This document shows positions 52,392-64,000 of a stretch of DNA of 64,000 nt, piece by piece (the first letter of the stretch is position 1; each line of letters opens with the position of its first letter). The translations under genes were made by a program, and so were the position numbers. Source of the stretch: an uncultured delta proteobacterium (GTDB taxonomy: Bacteria > Desulfobacterota > Desulfobacteria > Desulfobacterales > Desulfosalsimonadaceae). Where the stretch lies: NCBI GenBank assembly GCA_963826785.1, contig CAWGYD010000004.1:384001-448000 (forward strand), given 5' to 3'. The notes beneath the pieces are model-generated. The model had not been told where the DNA came from. It did no database searches and was given only the letters and a program-made list of their open reading frames with translations.

Positions 52392-52396
52392 TATTT

Positions 52397-53572
52397 ATGG
52401 AACAGCAGCATTCAGCCGCTCCCCTTCATCAGTCGTACTTTACCCCATTTAATATCGTTTCGGGCCTGATCATCGCCATGGGACTGGTCCTGACGATCCT
52501 GCGGTTCACCGGCGGCCTAGGGGCGGTGACCCACCTGGATCACAACAACCCGTGGGGGCTCTGGATCGGGTTTGACCTGCTGTGCGGCGTGGCCCTGGCC
52601 GCCGGCGGATACATGACCTCGGCGGCGGTCTACATCTTCGGGCTGAAGCGGTACCACAGCGCGGTCCGGCCGGCGATTCTCACCGCTTTTCTGGGATACG
52701 CCCTGGTGGTGCTGGCCCTGCATTACGACGTGGGGCGGCCGTGGCGGCTGCCGTACCCGATATTCCTGTCCCAGGGGACTTCGTCTCTTCTGTTTGAAGT
52801 GGCATTGTGCGTGTTTCTCTACCTGACCGTGCTGTTTATCGAGTTTTCCCCCGCGGCCATGGAATGGCTGGGCATGAAGCGGGCCCGGAACGTGGTGGTC
52901 CGGCTGGTGCTGGTGCTCACCATTTTCGGCGTGATCCTGTCCACCCTGCACCAGTCGTCGCTGGGCGCACTGTATCTCATCGCACCGTCAAAGCTCCATC
53001 CGCTGTGGTACTCCACCTATCTGGCGCTCTTTTTCTATGTATCGAGCATGTTTGCGGGGCTTTCCATGGTGATTTTCGAAAGCACCCTGTCGCATAAGTT
53101 CCTGCATCACAAGATGGATGCCGAACACAAGGCGGAAAGCGACGGAGTGGCGCTCGGTTTTGCCAAGGCCGCCTCCTTCATCATGATGGGGTATGTCTTT
53201 ATCCAGCTGATCGGGCTGGCCGTGGACAACGACTGGCATTACCTGGCCACCGGCTGGGGGGCCTGGTACCTTCTGGAGCTGGTGGGTTTTGTGGCCCTGC
53301 CGTCGTTTTCCTATGCCATCGGGGTGCGGGAGAAAAATATCCGCCTGATCCGGTGGACGGCCCTCTGGACGGTGCTCGGCATCGTGTTGAACCGCTTGAA
53401 CGTCTCCCTGATCGCCTTTAACTGGCAGCTGCCCGCATCCCAGCGGTATTTCCCCAGCTGGATGGAAATCGGGACCACCCTGTTCATCGTTACGCTCGGG
53501 GTGGTGATCTACCGCTTTATCGCCACCCGGATGCCGATTCTCTATGCGCATCCGGAATATCATCAGGATTAG
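52397..53572 (+). CDS. hmcC: Hmc NrfD-family membrane subunit
   Basis: PWGLWIGFD, DVGRPWR, S.LFEVA.C, STLHQSSLG. Confidence 0.93.
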   Translation: MEQQHSAAPLHQSYFTPFNIVSGLIIAMGLVLTILRFTGGLGAVTHLDHNNPWGLWIGFDLLCGVALAAGGYMTSAAVYIFGLKRYHSAVRPAILTAFLGYALVVLALHYDVGRPWRLPYPIFLSQGTSSLLFEVALCVFLYLTVLFIEFSPAAMEWLGMKRARNVVVRLVLVLTIFGVILSTLHQSSLGALYLIAPSKLHPLWYSTYLALFFYVSSMFAGLSMVIFESTLSHKFLHHKMDAEHKAESDGVALGFAKAASFIMMGYVFIQLIGLAVDNDWHYLATGWGAWYLLELVGFVALPSFSYAIGVREKNIRLIRWTALWTVLGIVLNRLNVSLIAFNWQLPASQRYFPSWMEIGTTLFIVTLGVVIYRFIATRMPILYAHPEYHQD

Positions 53573-53584
53573 GAAACTTTTAAA

Positions 53585-53728
53585 ATGGAAAATGCGTTTT
53601 TCACACTGCAGGATTTCATGCTTCACTCGAAAGCGATGGCCTACCTGCTCATGGCCGCGGCCCTGATCGGATTGCCCCTGTTCTGGACCTTTCTGACCGG
53701 TCGGGACAAAAAAAAACGGACGTTTTGA
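53585..53728 (+). CDS. hmcD: Hmc small membrane subunit, 47 aa (absent from the ORF track)
   Basis: Hand-translated MENAFFTLQDFMLHSKAMAYLLMAAALIGLPLFWTFLTGRDKKKRTF; one TM; lies between hmcC and hmcE. Confidence 0.85.
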   Translation: MENAFFTLQDFMLHSKAMAYLLMAAALIGLPLFWTFLTGRDKKKRTF

Positions 53729-53771
53729 TCATGTTTCATTTACGCGTGTCGCGGCAAGGAGGCAAAGCACA

Positions 53772-54455
53772 ATGTATGCGTTTTTAACCGGGCCGATGTT
53801 TTATCTTTCCCTGGCGGTGTTCGTCATCGGCCTGATCGTCCGGGTGGTCCTTTATATCCGGGGGCTGGACTGGAAACTCGATCGGGTGGCCTACCGGGCC
53901 CATCCCAAAGCAGGGATCCGGGGTGCCCTGCGTTCGGTCTTTTTCTGGCTGATCCCTTTCGGGACCCGCAGCTGGCGGACCCAGCCGTTCATGACGGTGG
54001 TATTCTTCATTTTCCATATCGGCGTGGTGCTGGTGCCGCTGTTTCTGCTGGGCCACAACCTGTTTTTGCAGGAAGCGCTCGGGTTTTCCTTTTTCTTCAC
54101 CCTCCCGCCGGCGGCGGCCGACGCGCTGACCTGGGGGGTGGTGGTCTCGGCAATCCTGCTGGCGCTGCGGCGGGTGGCCCTGCCGGAAGTCCGGATACTG
54201 ACCACCGGGTATGATTACCTGATCCTGGCCATTTCCGCGGCCCCGTTTGTCACCGGCCTGGTCTGCCGCTACGGCGCAGGCGATTATTCGGCCTGGATCA
54301 CCGCTCATGTCGTGGCCGGGGAACTGCTGCTAATCGCCGCGCCGTTCACCAAATTGTCCCATATCGTCTTGTATTTCATGTCCCGGGGCCAGATCGGAAT
54401 GGATTTCGGCATCAAACGCGGCGGCATGAAGAAGAACGGGGATATGGCCTGGTAA
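53772..54455 (+). CDS. hmcE: Hmc NarI-like membrane cytochrome b
   Basis: FLTGP, FH.G....P.FL.GH, H...GE.LLI.APFTKLSH. Confidence 0.92.
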   Translation: MYAFLTGPMFYLSLAVFVIGLIVRVVLYIRGLDWKLDRVAYRAHPKAGIRGALRSVFFWLIPFGTRSWRTQPFMTVVFFIFHIGVVLVPLFLLGHNLFLQEALGFSFFFTLPPAAADALTWGVVVSAILLALRRVALPEVRILTTGYDYLILAISAAPFVTGLVCRYGAGDYSAWITAHVVAGELLLIAAPFTKLSHIVLYFMSRGQIGMDFGIKRGGMKKNGDMAW

Positions 54456-54502
54456 CATCAGGATCATTTATTTTCTAAGACAATTGAAATCAGGAGTTTG
54501 TC

Positions 54503-55891
54503 ATGCCGGAAGGTACGCTGTGCAACAAGCAGCCGATCAATACCGATGAAGCGCTGAAGACCCTTCTTGGGGACAAGGGGGGCAAGACATATTACGAGGA
54601 AATGAAGCATTTGGAGGTGGACAGCAAAAAGCTGTGGGACACCATCCAGAAAACAATGAAATCCCGCCTGAAGACCTGGCTTTCCATCTGCGCCCACTGC
54701 GGCATGTGCGCCGACAGCTGCTTTTTGTACCGCATCAACGACTGCGACCCCAAACAGGTGCCGGCGTATAAAATCCAGTCCACCCTGGGGGAGATCGTCC
54801 GGAAAAAGGGCCGCGTGAGCAACGAATTCATGCACATGGCCATGGAGACCGCCTGGGCCAAGTGCACCTGCTGCAACCGGTGCGCGCTGTACTGCCCGCA
54901 CGGCATCGACGTGGGGGTGATGATGGGTTATCTTCGGGGCCTGCTTTACCAGCAGGGGTTCGTCCCATGGGAGATGAAGATCGGGGCCGGCATGCACCGG
55001 GTTTACCGGGCCCAGATGGATGTCACCCCCGAGGATTTCATCGAAACCTTCGAGTGGATGGTGGATGAATGGGGTGAGGAATATGCCGGACTGAGCGTAC
55101 CGGTGGATAAGGTCGGGGCCGATATCATGTACACGGTCAACGCCCGGGAGGTCAAACACTACCCCGAGGATCTGGCCGAGGCCGCCATCTTGTTCAACAT
55201 CGCCGGCGAGGACTGGACCGTTCCCAGTTCGGGATGGGAGCTGACCAGCCTGGCCATGTTCGCCGGGGACTGGGAGGCCTGCGCCATGCAGGTAAAAAGC
55301 GTCTATGATGCCATGGAGCGGCTCAAGCCCAAACGGATGGTGGGGACCGAGTGCGGACACGCCCACCGGGCCACCGTGGTGGAAGGGCCCTACTGGGCCG
55401 GCCGGGAGGACGGGCAGACCCCGGTGCCCTCGATTCATTATGTGGAATGGGTGGCCGAGGCGCTGCGGACGGGTAAACTCAAGATCGATCCGGAAAAGCG
55501 GATCAAACGGCCGGTCACCGTTCAGGATTCCTGCAACTACGTCCGCAATCATGGTCTAAAGGAAGCCACCCGGGAAATTATCAGCTACATGGTGGAACCG
55601 GGCTACTTCATCGATATGGCGCCCAACAGGCAGCATAACTACTGCTGCGGCGGCGGCGGCGGGTTCAACGGCATCGGCCTGTTCCGTCCCCAGCGGAACA
55701 AGGCCCTGATCACCAAGCGGGACCAGATCTTAAACACCGGCGCCGAACTGGTCATCGCCCCCTGCCACAACTGCTGGGACGCCATCCGGGATCTCGAGGA
55801 GGAATACAAGATCGGCATCGAATGGTCTTTCTTGAAGCCGCTGCTGATCAAAATGGTGGAGGTGCCCGCGCATATGAAGGTGGAGGAATGA
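54503..55891 (+). CDS. hmcF: Hmc HdrD-like Fe-S/CCG subunit
   Basis: [18 protein letters not shown]...CP, ECGH, DSC, CCGGGGG, CHNC. Confidence 0.92.
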   Translation: MPEGTLCNKQPINTDEALKTLLGDKGGKTYYEEMKHLEVDSKKLWDTIQKTMKSRLKTWLSICAHCGMCADSCFLYRINDCDPKQVPAYKIQSTLGEIVRKKGRVSNEFMHMAMETAWAKCTCCNRCALYCPHGIDVGVMMGYLRGLLYQQGFVPWEMKIGAGMHRVYRAQMDVTPEDFIETFEWMVDEWGEEYAGLSVPVDKVGADIMYTVNAREVKHYPEDLAEAAILFNIAGEDWTVPSSGWELTSLAMFAGDWEACAMQVKSVYDAMERLKPKRMVGTECGHAHRATVVEGPYWAGREDGQTPVPSIHYVEWVAEALRTGKLKIDPEKRIKRPVTVQDSCNYVRNHGLKEATREIISYMVEPGYFIDMAPNRQHNYCCGGGGGFNGIGLFRPQRNKALITKRDQILNTGAELVIAPCHNCWDAIRDLEEEYKIGIEWSFLKPLLIKMVEVPAHMKVEE

Positions 55892-55913
55892 ACTGGCGAC
55901 CTTGATTTTACGC

Positions 55914-55949
55914 TTGACAACATGGCAAAGTGTAAATACGGTAATTACA
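55914..55949 (+). promoter_or_regulatory. Sigma70-like promoter with overlapping inverted repeat for the TA operon
   Basis: TTGACA-N17-TACGGT; TGTAA..TTACA inverted repeat spans the -10. Confidence 0.55.
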
Positions 55950-55979
55950 AAAGTTATGATCAAACAAGGAGCCAAACCC

Positions 55980-56252
55980 ATGGAAAATCACATAAGAGTA
56001 AGAGATGCAAAACTGATTCCGATTGGAAACTCAAAGGGGGTTCGTATACCCAAAGCGCTCCTCCAAAAATACGGTCTGAAAGGTTCTCTTTTAATTGAAG
56101 AAACCGACAAGGGGCTGCTGCTTCGGAATAAAGAGGAAAGTAAGCTTTCCTGGGAAGAAACATATAAATCCATGGCAATGGAAAAGGAACATTGGGCCGA
56201 TTTTGACACAACGCTTCTTGATGGGTTGGAGGATGAGGACTTTGAGTATTAA
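55980..56252 (+). CDS. AbrB/MazE-family antitoxin
   Basis: IGNSKGVRIPK; acidic C-terminus; AGGAG RBS; overlaps toxin. Confidence 0.9.
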   Translation: MENHIRVRDAKLIPIGNSKGVRIPKALLQKYGLKGSLLIEETDKGLLLRNKEESKLSWEETYKSMAMEKEHWADFDTTLLDGLEDEDFEY

Positions 56253-56568
56253 AAGGTACGAGATATATTTTGCAGATCTCAATCCCGCGATAGGAAGCGA
56301 AATAAAAAAGAGTCGCCCCGTGGTCATCATCAGCCAGGATGAAATGAATAAATATCTGGAAACGGTAGTTGTATGTCCATTAACATCAAAATTGCATCCT
56401 CAATGGAGGACCCGGATCCAGATTAAATGCGCGAAAAAAAATGCTGAAATCGCTGTTGACCAAATTCGTACCATTAGCAAACAAAGATTGAAGGACAAAA
56501 TTGATCAGCTATCGAATAGCAAAACCGCCCAACTACGAAAACTCATAACCGATATGTACGGTGAATAA
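56233..56568 (+). CDS. PemK/MazF-family endoribonuclease toxin
   Basis: ADLNPAIGSEIKKSRPVVIIS, CPLTS, DQIRTISKQRL. Confidence 0.9.
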   Translation: MRTLSIKRYEIYFADLNPAIGSEIKKSRPVVIISQDEMNKYLETVVVCPLTSKLHPQWRTRIQIKCAKKNAEIAVDQIRTISKQRLKDKIDQLSNSKTAQLRKLITDMYGE

Positions 56569-56576
56569 TTGACTGC

Positions 56577-58307
56577 TCAGTCCTGCATGCTGAGCACATC
56601 GCCGCCGGGCAGGCCCAGTTCCATGGCCCGCAGCACCCGGCGCAGGAGTTTGCCCGAGCGGGTTTTGGGGAGTTTTTCGATGAATACCAGCTCCCGGACG
56701 TAGATGTCCCCCGAAAGATTGCCCTTCAAAAACGCCTTGATTTCGTAATTGAGCCGGTTGGATGAGGCAAATCCTTTTTTCAGGGTCACAAAGGCCTTGA
56801 GAAAGGAGATGCCCTGGCCCGGCGCGGTCCCCTTGGAAATCACCGCGGCTTCCGCCACCGCCGGGTGCATGGTGAGTACCTGTTCGATTTCAAACGGCCC
56901 CAGTATCCGGTCCCCGCCGGCCTTGATCAGGTCATCGTTTCTCCCCTGGTGATAAAAATAGCCTTCCTCGTCCGCCACCGCCACGTCGCCCGTGATGAAC
57001 CATCCGTTCATGAAATACCGGGAATACCGCTCCTCATCATGCCACAGGCCGGTCATCAGGCCCGGCCAGTTCACCTTGACGGCCAGTTCGCCCAATGTCA
57101 GGGCCGGCAGGGGCTCACCGTTTTCATCGATGACGGCCGCTTCGATGCCGGGAAGGGGTTTGCCCATGGAACCGGGTTTGATGTCCATGCCCGGATAATT
57201 GGCGATGCAGATAATGCCGGTTTCGGTCATCCACCAGTTGTCATGGGGGGTGCGCCTCAGATTTTCCCGAACCCAGTAGAGGAGGTCCGGCACCAGGGGC
57301 GCCCCCACCGTTGCGATATGCCGCAGGGCGGACAGGTCGTACCGGGTGGGCAGGTCTTCCCCCGACTCCATGAGGTCGCGAAGGATGCGGGGGGTGGTGT
57401 ACCAGGTGGTAACCCGGTGTTTTTCCAGCGCACGGTACCAGTTGGCAGCGGAAAAGTGGTTTCCGATGAACAGGCTGGTGATGCCGCAGAGCCACGGGGC
57501 GAAGGCACCGTAAACCGTGCCCGTGACCCATGCCGGATCCGCATCCGCCCACAAAATGGTATCTTCCTTGATGTCCAGCACCCATTTGGCCGAGGTGTAG
57601 ATGCCGGTCATGTCACCATGGGAATGGATGATACCCTTGGGGGGGCGGGTCGACCCGGAGGTGAACATCAGGTAGAGCGGCGTTTCTTCGGGAAACAATG
57701 CCGCCGGGAGGTGGGCCGGGTAGCGGTCCGGGGTGTTGTCGATGACGGTTTCGCTGGAAAACAGGCCGGGGGCCGGGCCGTGAACCAGAAGAATGTGGCG
57801 CAGTTGATCGGCAAATTCAAACGATATTTTTTCCACCAGGTCGGGATGGGTCAGCACACCCCGGGGGGCGATGCTTTCCAGGCGGACTTCGATTTCATAG
57901 AAGTTGGAGGTGGAAAAGATCGGGCAGAACAGGACCCCCAGCCGGGCGCAGGCGGCCATGGCGTAAAATGTTTCCGGGCAGGGGGGCAGAAAGATGACCA
58001 GCCGGTCGCCTTTAGCGAATCCGAAATCGCTGAGCATGCCGGCCCACTGGCAGGATTTGGCGTAAAGCTGCGCATAGGTGCATTGCTCTTTCCTGAAATG
58101 CGATTCGAATACCAGGGCCAGATGGTCTTTTTTTTCCGGGTGCGCCGCCCATTTGTCGATGGACTCGGCAATGATGTTCATTTCGGTCGCGCTGCCTGCG
58201 GAAAACCGCTCCTTGAGCTTTTCCCAGGAAAACCCGGCGCGCGCTTCGTCATAGGCGGCCAGGTTGGCATCTTGAGGGTTCTCGGCGGGGATTCGGGCTT
58301 TGATCAT
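56577..58307 (-). CDS. Acyl-CoA synthetase, AcsA-like paralog
   Basis: [49 protein letters not shown]. Confidence 0.85.
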   Translation of the reverse strand: MIKARIPAENPQDANLAAYDEARAGFSWEKLKERFSAGSATEMNIIAESIDKWAAHPEKKDHLALVFESHFRKEQCTYAQLYAKSCQWAGMLSDFGFAKGDRLVIFLPPCPETFYAMAACARLGVLFCPIFSTSNFYEIEVRLESIAPRGVLTHPDLVEKISFEFADQLRHILLVHGPAPGLFSSETVIDNTPDRYPAHLPAALFPEETPLYLMFTSGSTRPPKGIIHSHGDMTGIYTSAKWVLDIKEDTILWADADPAWVTGTVYGAFAPWLCGITSLFIGNHFSAANWYRALEKHRVTTWYTTPRILRDLMESGEDLPTRYDLSALRHIATVGAPLVPDLLYWVRENLRRTPHDNWWMTETGIICIANYPGMDIKPGSMGKPLPGIEAAVIDENGEPLPALTLGELAVKVNWPGLMTGLWHDEERYSRYFMNGWFITGDVAVADEEGYFYHQGRNDDLIKAGGDRILGPFEIEQVLTMHPAVAEAAVISKGTAPGQGISFLKAFVTLKKGFASSNRLNYEIKAFLKGNLSGDIYVRELVFIEKLPKTRSGKLLRRVLRAMELGLPGGDVLSMQD

Positions 58308-58417
58308 AATCTGGGTTTTCCGTTGAATTTAGATTTTTCTGGCAGCGAAGTCCCCATTTAAAGGGGGATTTGATAGCCGAATTATGGTAAATCCGTTGGT
58401 GCTTCCCCGAATTTTCT

Positions 58418-59485
58418 TCAGGCCTGCAGTTCCGTCATCACCCCAAACTGCCGGTGAATGCTTCTGACGGAAGCGATCAGATCCCTGACCGCGGGTGATC
58501 CGGCGCCGGGGTGCGGCACCGGCGGAAGATCGGCCCCCTCTAATGCCGACAGCACCGATTTTATGCAGTTGGCCAGCGCCATCGGCTCGTATCCGCCCTC
58601 CAGGGCCAAAAACAGGGGCGGGGCCGGATCGGACACGGATGCGGCCGAGTCCATGATCAGCCGGGTGATGCGGCCGTATACCTGTTCGGAAAACCGGGAC
58701 CGGCCGATGGGGTCATCGTTGTGGGCATCGAATCCGGCGGCTACCATGATGAGCTGGGGCTTGTACCCGGCAATGACCGGCCCCAGGGTTTGATCATAGA
58801 GCAGCACCAGGTCATCGTCCGTAAACGACCGGTCGATGGGGATATTCATGGTGTGGCCCGCCCCGATCCCCACCCCGGTCTGGGTCATTTCCCCGGAGTA
58901 GGGGTAGAGCATAAGATCATGGGTGGAATAATAATAGACATTTTTTTGGCCGTAAAAAGTATCGTTTAAGCCGTTTCCGTGATGGATGTCCCAGTCCACG
59001 ATCAGGATCCGTTCGATGGGATGATTGTCCATTGCGTAGCGGGCGGCGATGGCGATGTTGTTGAAGATACAGAACCCGGAAGACTTGTCGGCAAGGGCGT
59101 GGTGGCCCGGGGGGCGCACCAGGGCGAAAAATGCGTCGCAGCGGCCGGCCATCAAAAGATCCACTCCCTGGATGCAGGCCCCGGCCGCCAGCCAGGCGGA
59201 CAGGTAGCTATGGGCCGAAACCGGCGTATCCGGTGCCAGGCTGGTGATGCGCTGGTCCGCTGTTTTTAAGATCCGCCGGGTGTGGGCCGGGGTATGCACC
59301 CGCTCCACCTGCTGGAGCGTGGCGGGTTCGGCCCGGATCTCCAGGAACCGGCCGGCAAAATCCCGGGCAAGCATTCGAAAGACAGCGGAGAGCCGCTTGG
59401 GATGCTCGGGATGAAAATGGCCGGTTTTATGTTCGCCGAACCGTTCGTCGCGGACAATGCCGACCCGATAGGGTTTAATGGTCAA
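58418..59485 (-). CDS. Zn-dependent histone-deacetylase-family protein deacetylase
   Basis: HPE.P.RL, RPPGHHA, GFCIFNN, DWDIHHGNG, GFDAH..DP, LEGGY. Confidence 0.92.
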   Translation of the reverse strand: MTIKPYRVGIVRDERFGEHKTGHFHPEHPKRLSAVFRMLARDFAGRFLEIRAEPATLQQVERVHTPAHTRRILKTADQRITSLAPDTPVSAHSYLSAWLAAGACIQGVDLLMAGRCDAFFALVRPPGHHALADKSSGFCIFNNIAIAARYAMDNHPIERILIVDWDIHHGNGLNDTFYGQKNVYYYSTHDLMLYPYSGEMTQTGVGIGAGHTMNIPIDRSFTDDDLVLLYDQTLGPVIAGYKPQLIMVAAGFDAHNDDPIGRSRFSEQVYGRITRLIMDSAASVSDPAPPLFLALEGGYEPMALANCIKSVLSALEGADLPPVPHPGAGSPAVRDLIASVRSIHRQFGVMTELQA

Positions 59486-59511
59486 AATTCACCGGAATTG
59501 ATGTTTTGCCC

Positions 59512-59590
59512 GCAGGGGCAGGCACGGGGGCCTGCCCTGCGGTATTCTCGGATTGATGCATTGCAGGGGCGGCCCCCTGTGGCCGCCCCC
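59512..59590. repeat. Inverted pair of REP-like GCAGGG(G)C palindromes downstream of acs
   Basis: GCAGGGGCAGGCACGGGGGCCTGCCCTGC and GCAGGGGCGGCCCCCTGTGGCCGCCCC, each a GC hairpin. Confidence 0.65.
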
Positions 59591-59605
59591 TTAAATCCGC
59601 AATTT

Positions 59606-61564
<1,959 letters not shown>

Positions 61565-61620
61565 AGGATCTCCTTTTTCCTGTGGTGTGGTGGTGATTTT
61601 CCCTTTCCTGTCTTCATGCC

Positions 61621-63504
61621 TTATGATTTCGCTTCCGGTGCTTCAAACCGGCAATTTAAGATCATCATACCGTCATCAAGCGTCGTCTTGACCTTGTAGG
61701 GGAGAGTTTTAAACAGCTTGATCATCCCCTTGTTTTCGGGTGCGGTATAGGCGACCAGCCCGGATACCCCGTTGTCCTGAGCCGCTTCGGCCAGCTTCAT
61801 CAGGATCACCCGGGCGATTCCTTTTCCCTGCCAGGGCCGGGCCACGGAAAAAGCCACTTCCGCGATGTTGTTTTTGGATTCGAGCATATAGGCGCCCACC
61901 CCGATGACCGTGCCGAATCCGAATTCCCCGGTCAGCGCCAGGATGGTAAGGTTTTTCACATAATCGGTCTCGATCATGGAGTCCACGAACTCTTCGCGAA
62001 GAAAGCTGGTCTTTTCGTAAAAGAACCGGGAGATGACGTCCTTTTTGTCCAGGTTGTAAAAATGCTCCTGGATTCGCCGGTCGTCAACGGGCTTGGCCGG
62101 CCGGAACTTGACCACCTGGGCCCCGAAGCGGCGGGTTTCTTCCAGCCCGGCCGGGTACACGCTGCGAAGGGATTCCCCAAGGCGCCGCCCGGCACTCATC
62201 AGGTTGAGTTCCTTTGCCATCTGGAACAGTTCGTCCCGGAACTTGGGATGCGCCAGGCTGATCATGGCGATGGCGCGCTCCTGAAGGTTTTTGCCGAACA
62301 GGTTGACCGCGCCGTATTCGCTCACCACGTAGGACACATCGCCCCTGGGGATGACGACCGCACCGTCTTTGATTTCCGGGACGATGCGGCTGGCGGCCCC
62401 GTCCATGGAAGTGGAAGGGATCAGCAGGATCGATTTGCCTTCCGGCGCCGCCGCCGCCCCCCGCATGAAATCGAGGATGGAAGAGACCCCGGCGAAATAG
62501 TTGTGGGGCAGGGCGTCCACCGCCGCCTGTCCGGTAAGATCCATTTCCAGGACCATGTTCACCACCACCATCTTGTTGTGCTGGGCGATGATTCCCGGAT
62601 TGTTGACGTAATCGGACGGGTAAAATTCGATGGAGGGGTTGTCGTGGACAAACTCATAGAGGTTTTTCGACCCCACGGCATTGCTGGCCACGATCTTTCC
62701 TTCGTTTAAGCCTTTATACCGGTTGGTGATAACGCCCCTGGATACCAGGTCCATGAGTCCGTCGATGACGAACTGGGTATGAATGCCCAGGTCGTTTTTG
62801 CCGGACAGTGCCAGGAGAATGGCCTTGGGCGTGGCCCCCAGCCCCAGTTGAAAGGTGGAGCCGTCTTCCACCAGGTTGGCCACCAGGCGGGCGATCTTGT
62901 GGGCGGATTCAAATTCCGGGAGCTGCTCGATGGTGAGCAGGTCTTCCTCGTATTCGACAACCACGTCCACATCATTGACGTGGATGAAGCTGTGGCCGAG
63001 CACCCGGGGCATATTGGAGTTGACATGGGCGATCACCAGGTCTGCGGCCCGGGCGGCGGCCAGCCCCACGTCCACCGATATCCCCAGGCTCATCCATCCG
63101 AAATCGTCCGGCGGGGAGGTCTGGATGAGGGCGGCATTGATGGGCAGATGCCTTTTCTTGAACAGATTGGGGACCGCCGAGATATTCATGGGCGTGATGA
63201 ACGGCTTGCTGGACGCAAGGTGTTTGGCTGCAGCCGAACCCTGGTAGATGTTGCGGATACTGAAATTTTCCAGTTTGGCTTTTTCCGCCAGCTTCGTGAT
63301 CGGTGAATTTTCCAGGCTCATCAGCCGGACGATTTCAAGATCCGAAAAGCGGTCGGCCATGGATACCAGGGTTCGGACCAGGTGCTGGGGTTCCCCGCAG
63401 GAAGAGCCGATGAAGATGCGCTGACCGGATTTGATCCGGGATATCGCCTCCTGGGCGGTTCGGCGTTTGTTCAGGTATTCATCCGGCCAGTAACGATTCT
63501 CCAT
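61621..63504 (-). CDS. Acetyl-CoA hydrolase/CoA-transferase-like domain fused to C-terminal GNAT acetyltransferase
   Basis: [42 protein letters not shown]...ERA; then AEVAFSV...WQGKGIA..N..M..LF. Confidence 0.9.
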   Translation of the reverse strand: MENRYWPDEYLNKRRTAQEAISRIKSGQRIFIGSSCGEPQHLVRTLVSMADRFSDLEIVRLMSLENSPITKLAEKAKLENFSIRNIYQGSAAAKHLASSKPFITPMNISAVPNLFKKRHLPINAALIQTSPPDDFGWMSLGISVDVGLAAARAADLVIAHVNSNMPRVLGHSFIHVNDVDVVVEYEEDLLTIEQLPEFESAHKIARLVANLVEDGSTFQLGLGATPKAILLALSGKNDLGIHTQFVIDGLMDLVSRGVITNRYKGLNEGKIVASNAVGSKNLYEFVHDNPSIEFYPSDYVNNPGIIAQHNKMVVVNMVLEMDLTGQAAVDALPHNYFAGVSSILDFMRGAAAAPEGKSILLIPSTSMDGAASRIVPEIKDGAVVIPRGDVSYVVSEYGAVNLFGKNLQERAIAMISLAHPKFRDELFQMAKELNLMSAGRRLGESLRSVYPAGLEETRRFGAQVVKFRPAKPVDDRRIQEHFYNLDKKDVISRFFYEKTSFLREEFVDSMIETDYVKNLTILALTGEFGFGTVIGVGAYMLESKNNIAEVAFSVARPWQGKGIARVILMKLAEAAQDNGVSGLVAYTAPENKGMIKLFKTLPYKVKTTLDDGMMILNCRFEAPEAKS

Positions 63505-63770
63505 GGCGCAACTCCGTTTCTACAATTGTGAAATGAGATGGTGGACGCCTGATCATCATTGTAAACACTGTACCAAGTACCACAGGCGATTTTCAATTGA
63601 CAACAAAATTCTGCTCACTAAAGGGCTTCGGAAATAGCGAAAAAGTGCATCTGAAACCTGAAATGCGGTTTTAGAACGGTATGTTGAATGCACGCAGCGG
63701 CTCGATCCCTGGGACGTCAAATATCCGGGCGCAATCCGCCCTCGCGCCCCGGCCATTGTTTTCAAGCTGC

Positions 63771-64000
63771 CTACAGGAAGGATTCGATAAATTTCCGAAC
63801 TTCTTTTTTCCCCCTGAATATTCCGAAATGCCCCTCGCAAAGGATGTCCGCGTCCAGCTCAGCCAGTTTTCTGAGAGACTTCGCGTAGTCATTCTGGTCG
63901 GATTTGAGCACCGGGTGAAGCGGGCCATGCACGTCCTGGCCGAACAGGACCCGCTGGCCGTCGGAATCCATCATGTAGGCGACCGATCCGGGCGAGTGGC
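63771..64000 (-). CDS. Metallo-beta-lactamase-fold hydrolase, C-terminal part
   Basis: HSPGS..Y, LFGQD, DILCEGH; start lies beyond the window. Confidence 0.75.
   Translation of the reverse strand, partial: HSPGSVAYMMDSDGQRVLFGQDVHGPLHPVLKSDQNDYAKSLRKLAELDADILCEGHFGIFRGKKEVRKFIESFL

Overview
GC-rich chromosomal window from an anaerobic Desulfobacterota-like sulfate reducer (inferred from a complete hmcABCDEF operon with a 16-heme cytochrome). In order: (1) pentose-phosphate/glycogen genes pgl-rpe-ROK kinase and glgP; (2) a full E. coli-type nuoA-N complex I operon with a CBS gene and three repeat insertions inside it; (3) assorted enzymes (ankyrin lipoprotein, PHP-like hydrolase, amidohydrolase, geranylgeranyl-reductase family, double-cubane reductase, QueG-like Fe-S protein with MarR, S41 protease); (4) a defence region with a decayed type I R-M locus around an intact RhuM-Fic gene, and a four-gene Wadjet-like SMC/TOPRIM operon with non-canonical ATPase motifs; (5) eptA-MFS, hmc, an AT-rich MazEF-like pair; (6) a CoA-transferase-GNAT fusion, Acs, deacetylase and second Acs-like gene. 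Most notable: two ~145-nt elements that share almost no stem sequence but the same fold and loop motifs, both abutting TAG stops in the nuo operon; a GNAT fused to an apparently catalytically dead CoA-transferase next to Acs and a deacetylase; the divergent Wadjet; and a C6/G6 repeat family with a 30-nt-period hairpin array. Four single-base homopolymer frameshifts in the first 10 kb may be sequencing errors. All calls rest on motif recognition by eye; no searches were run.
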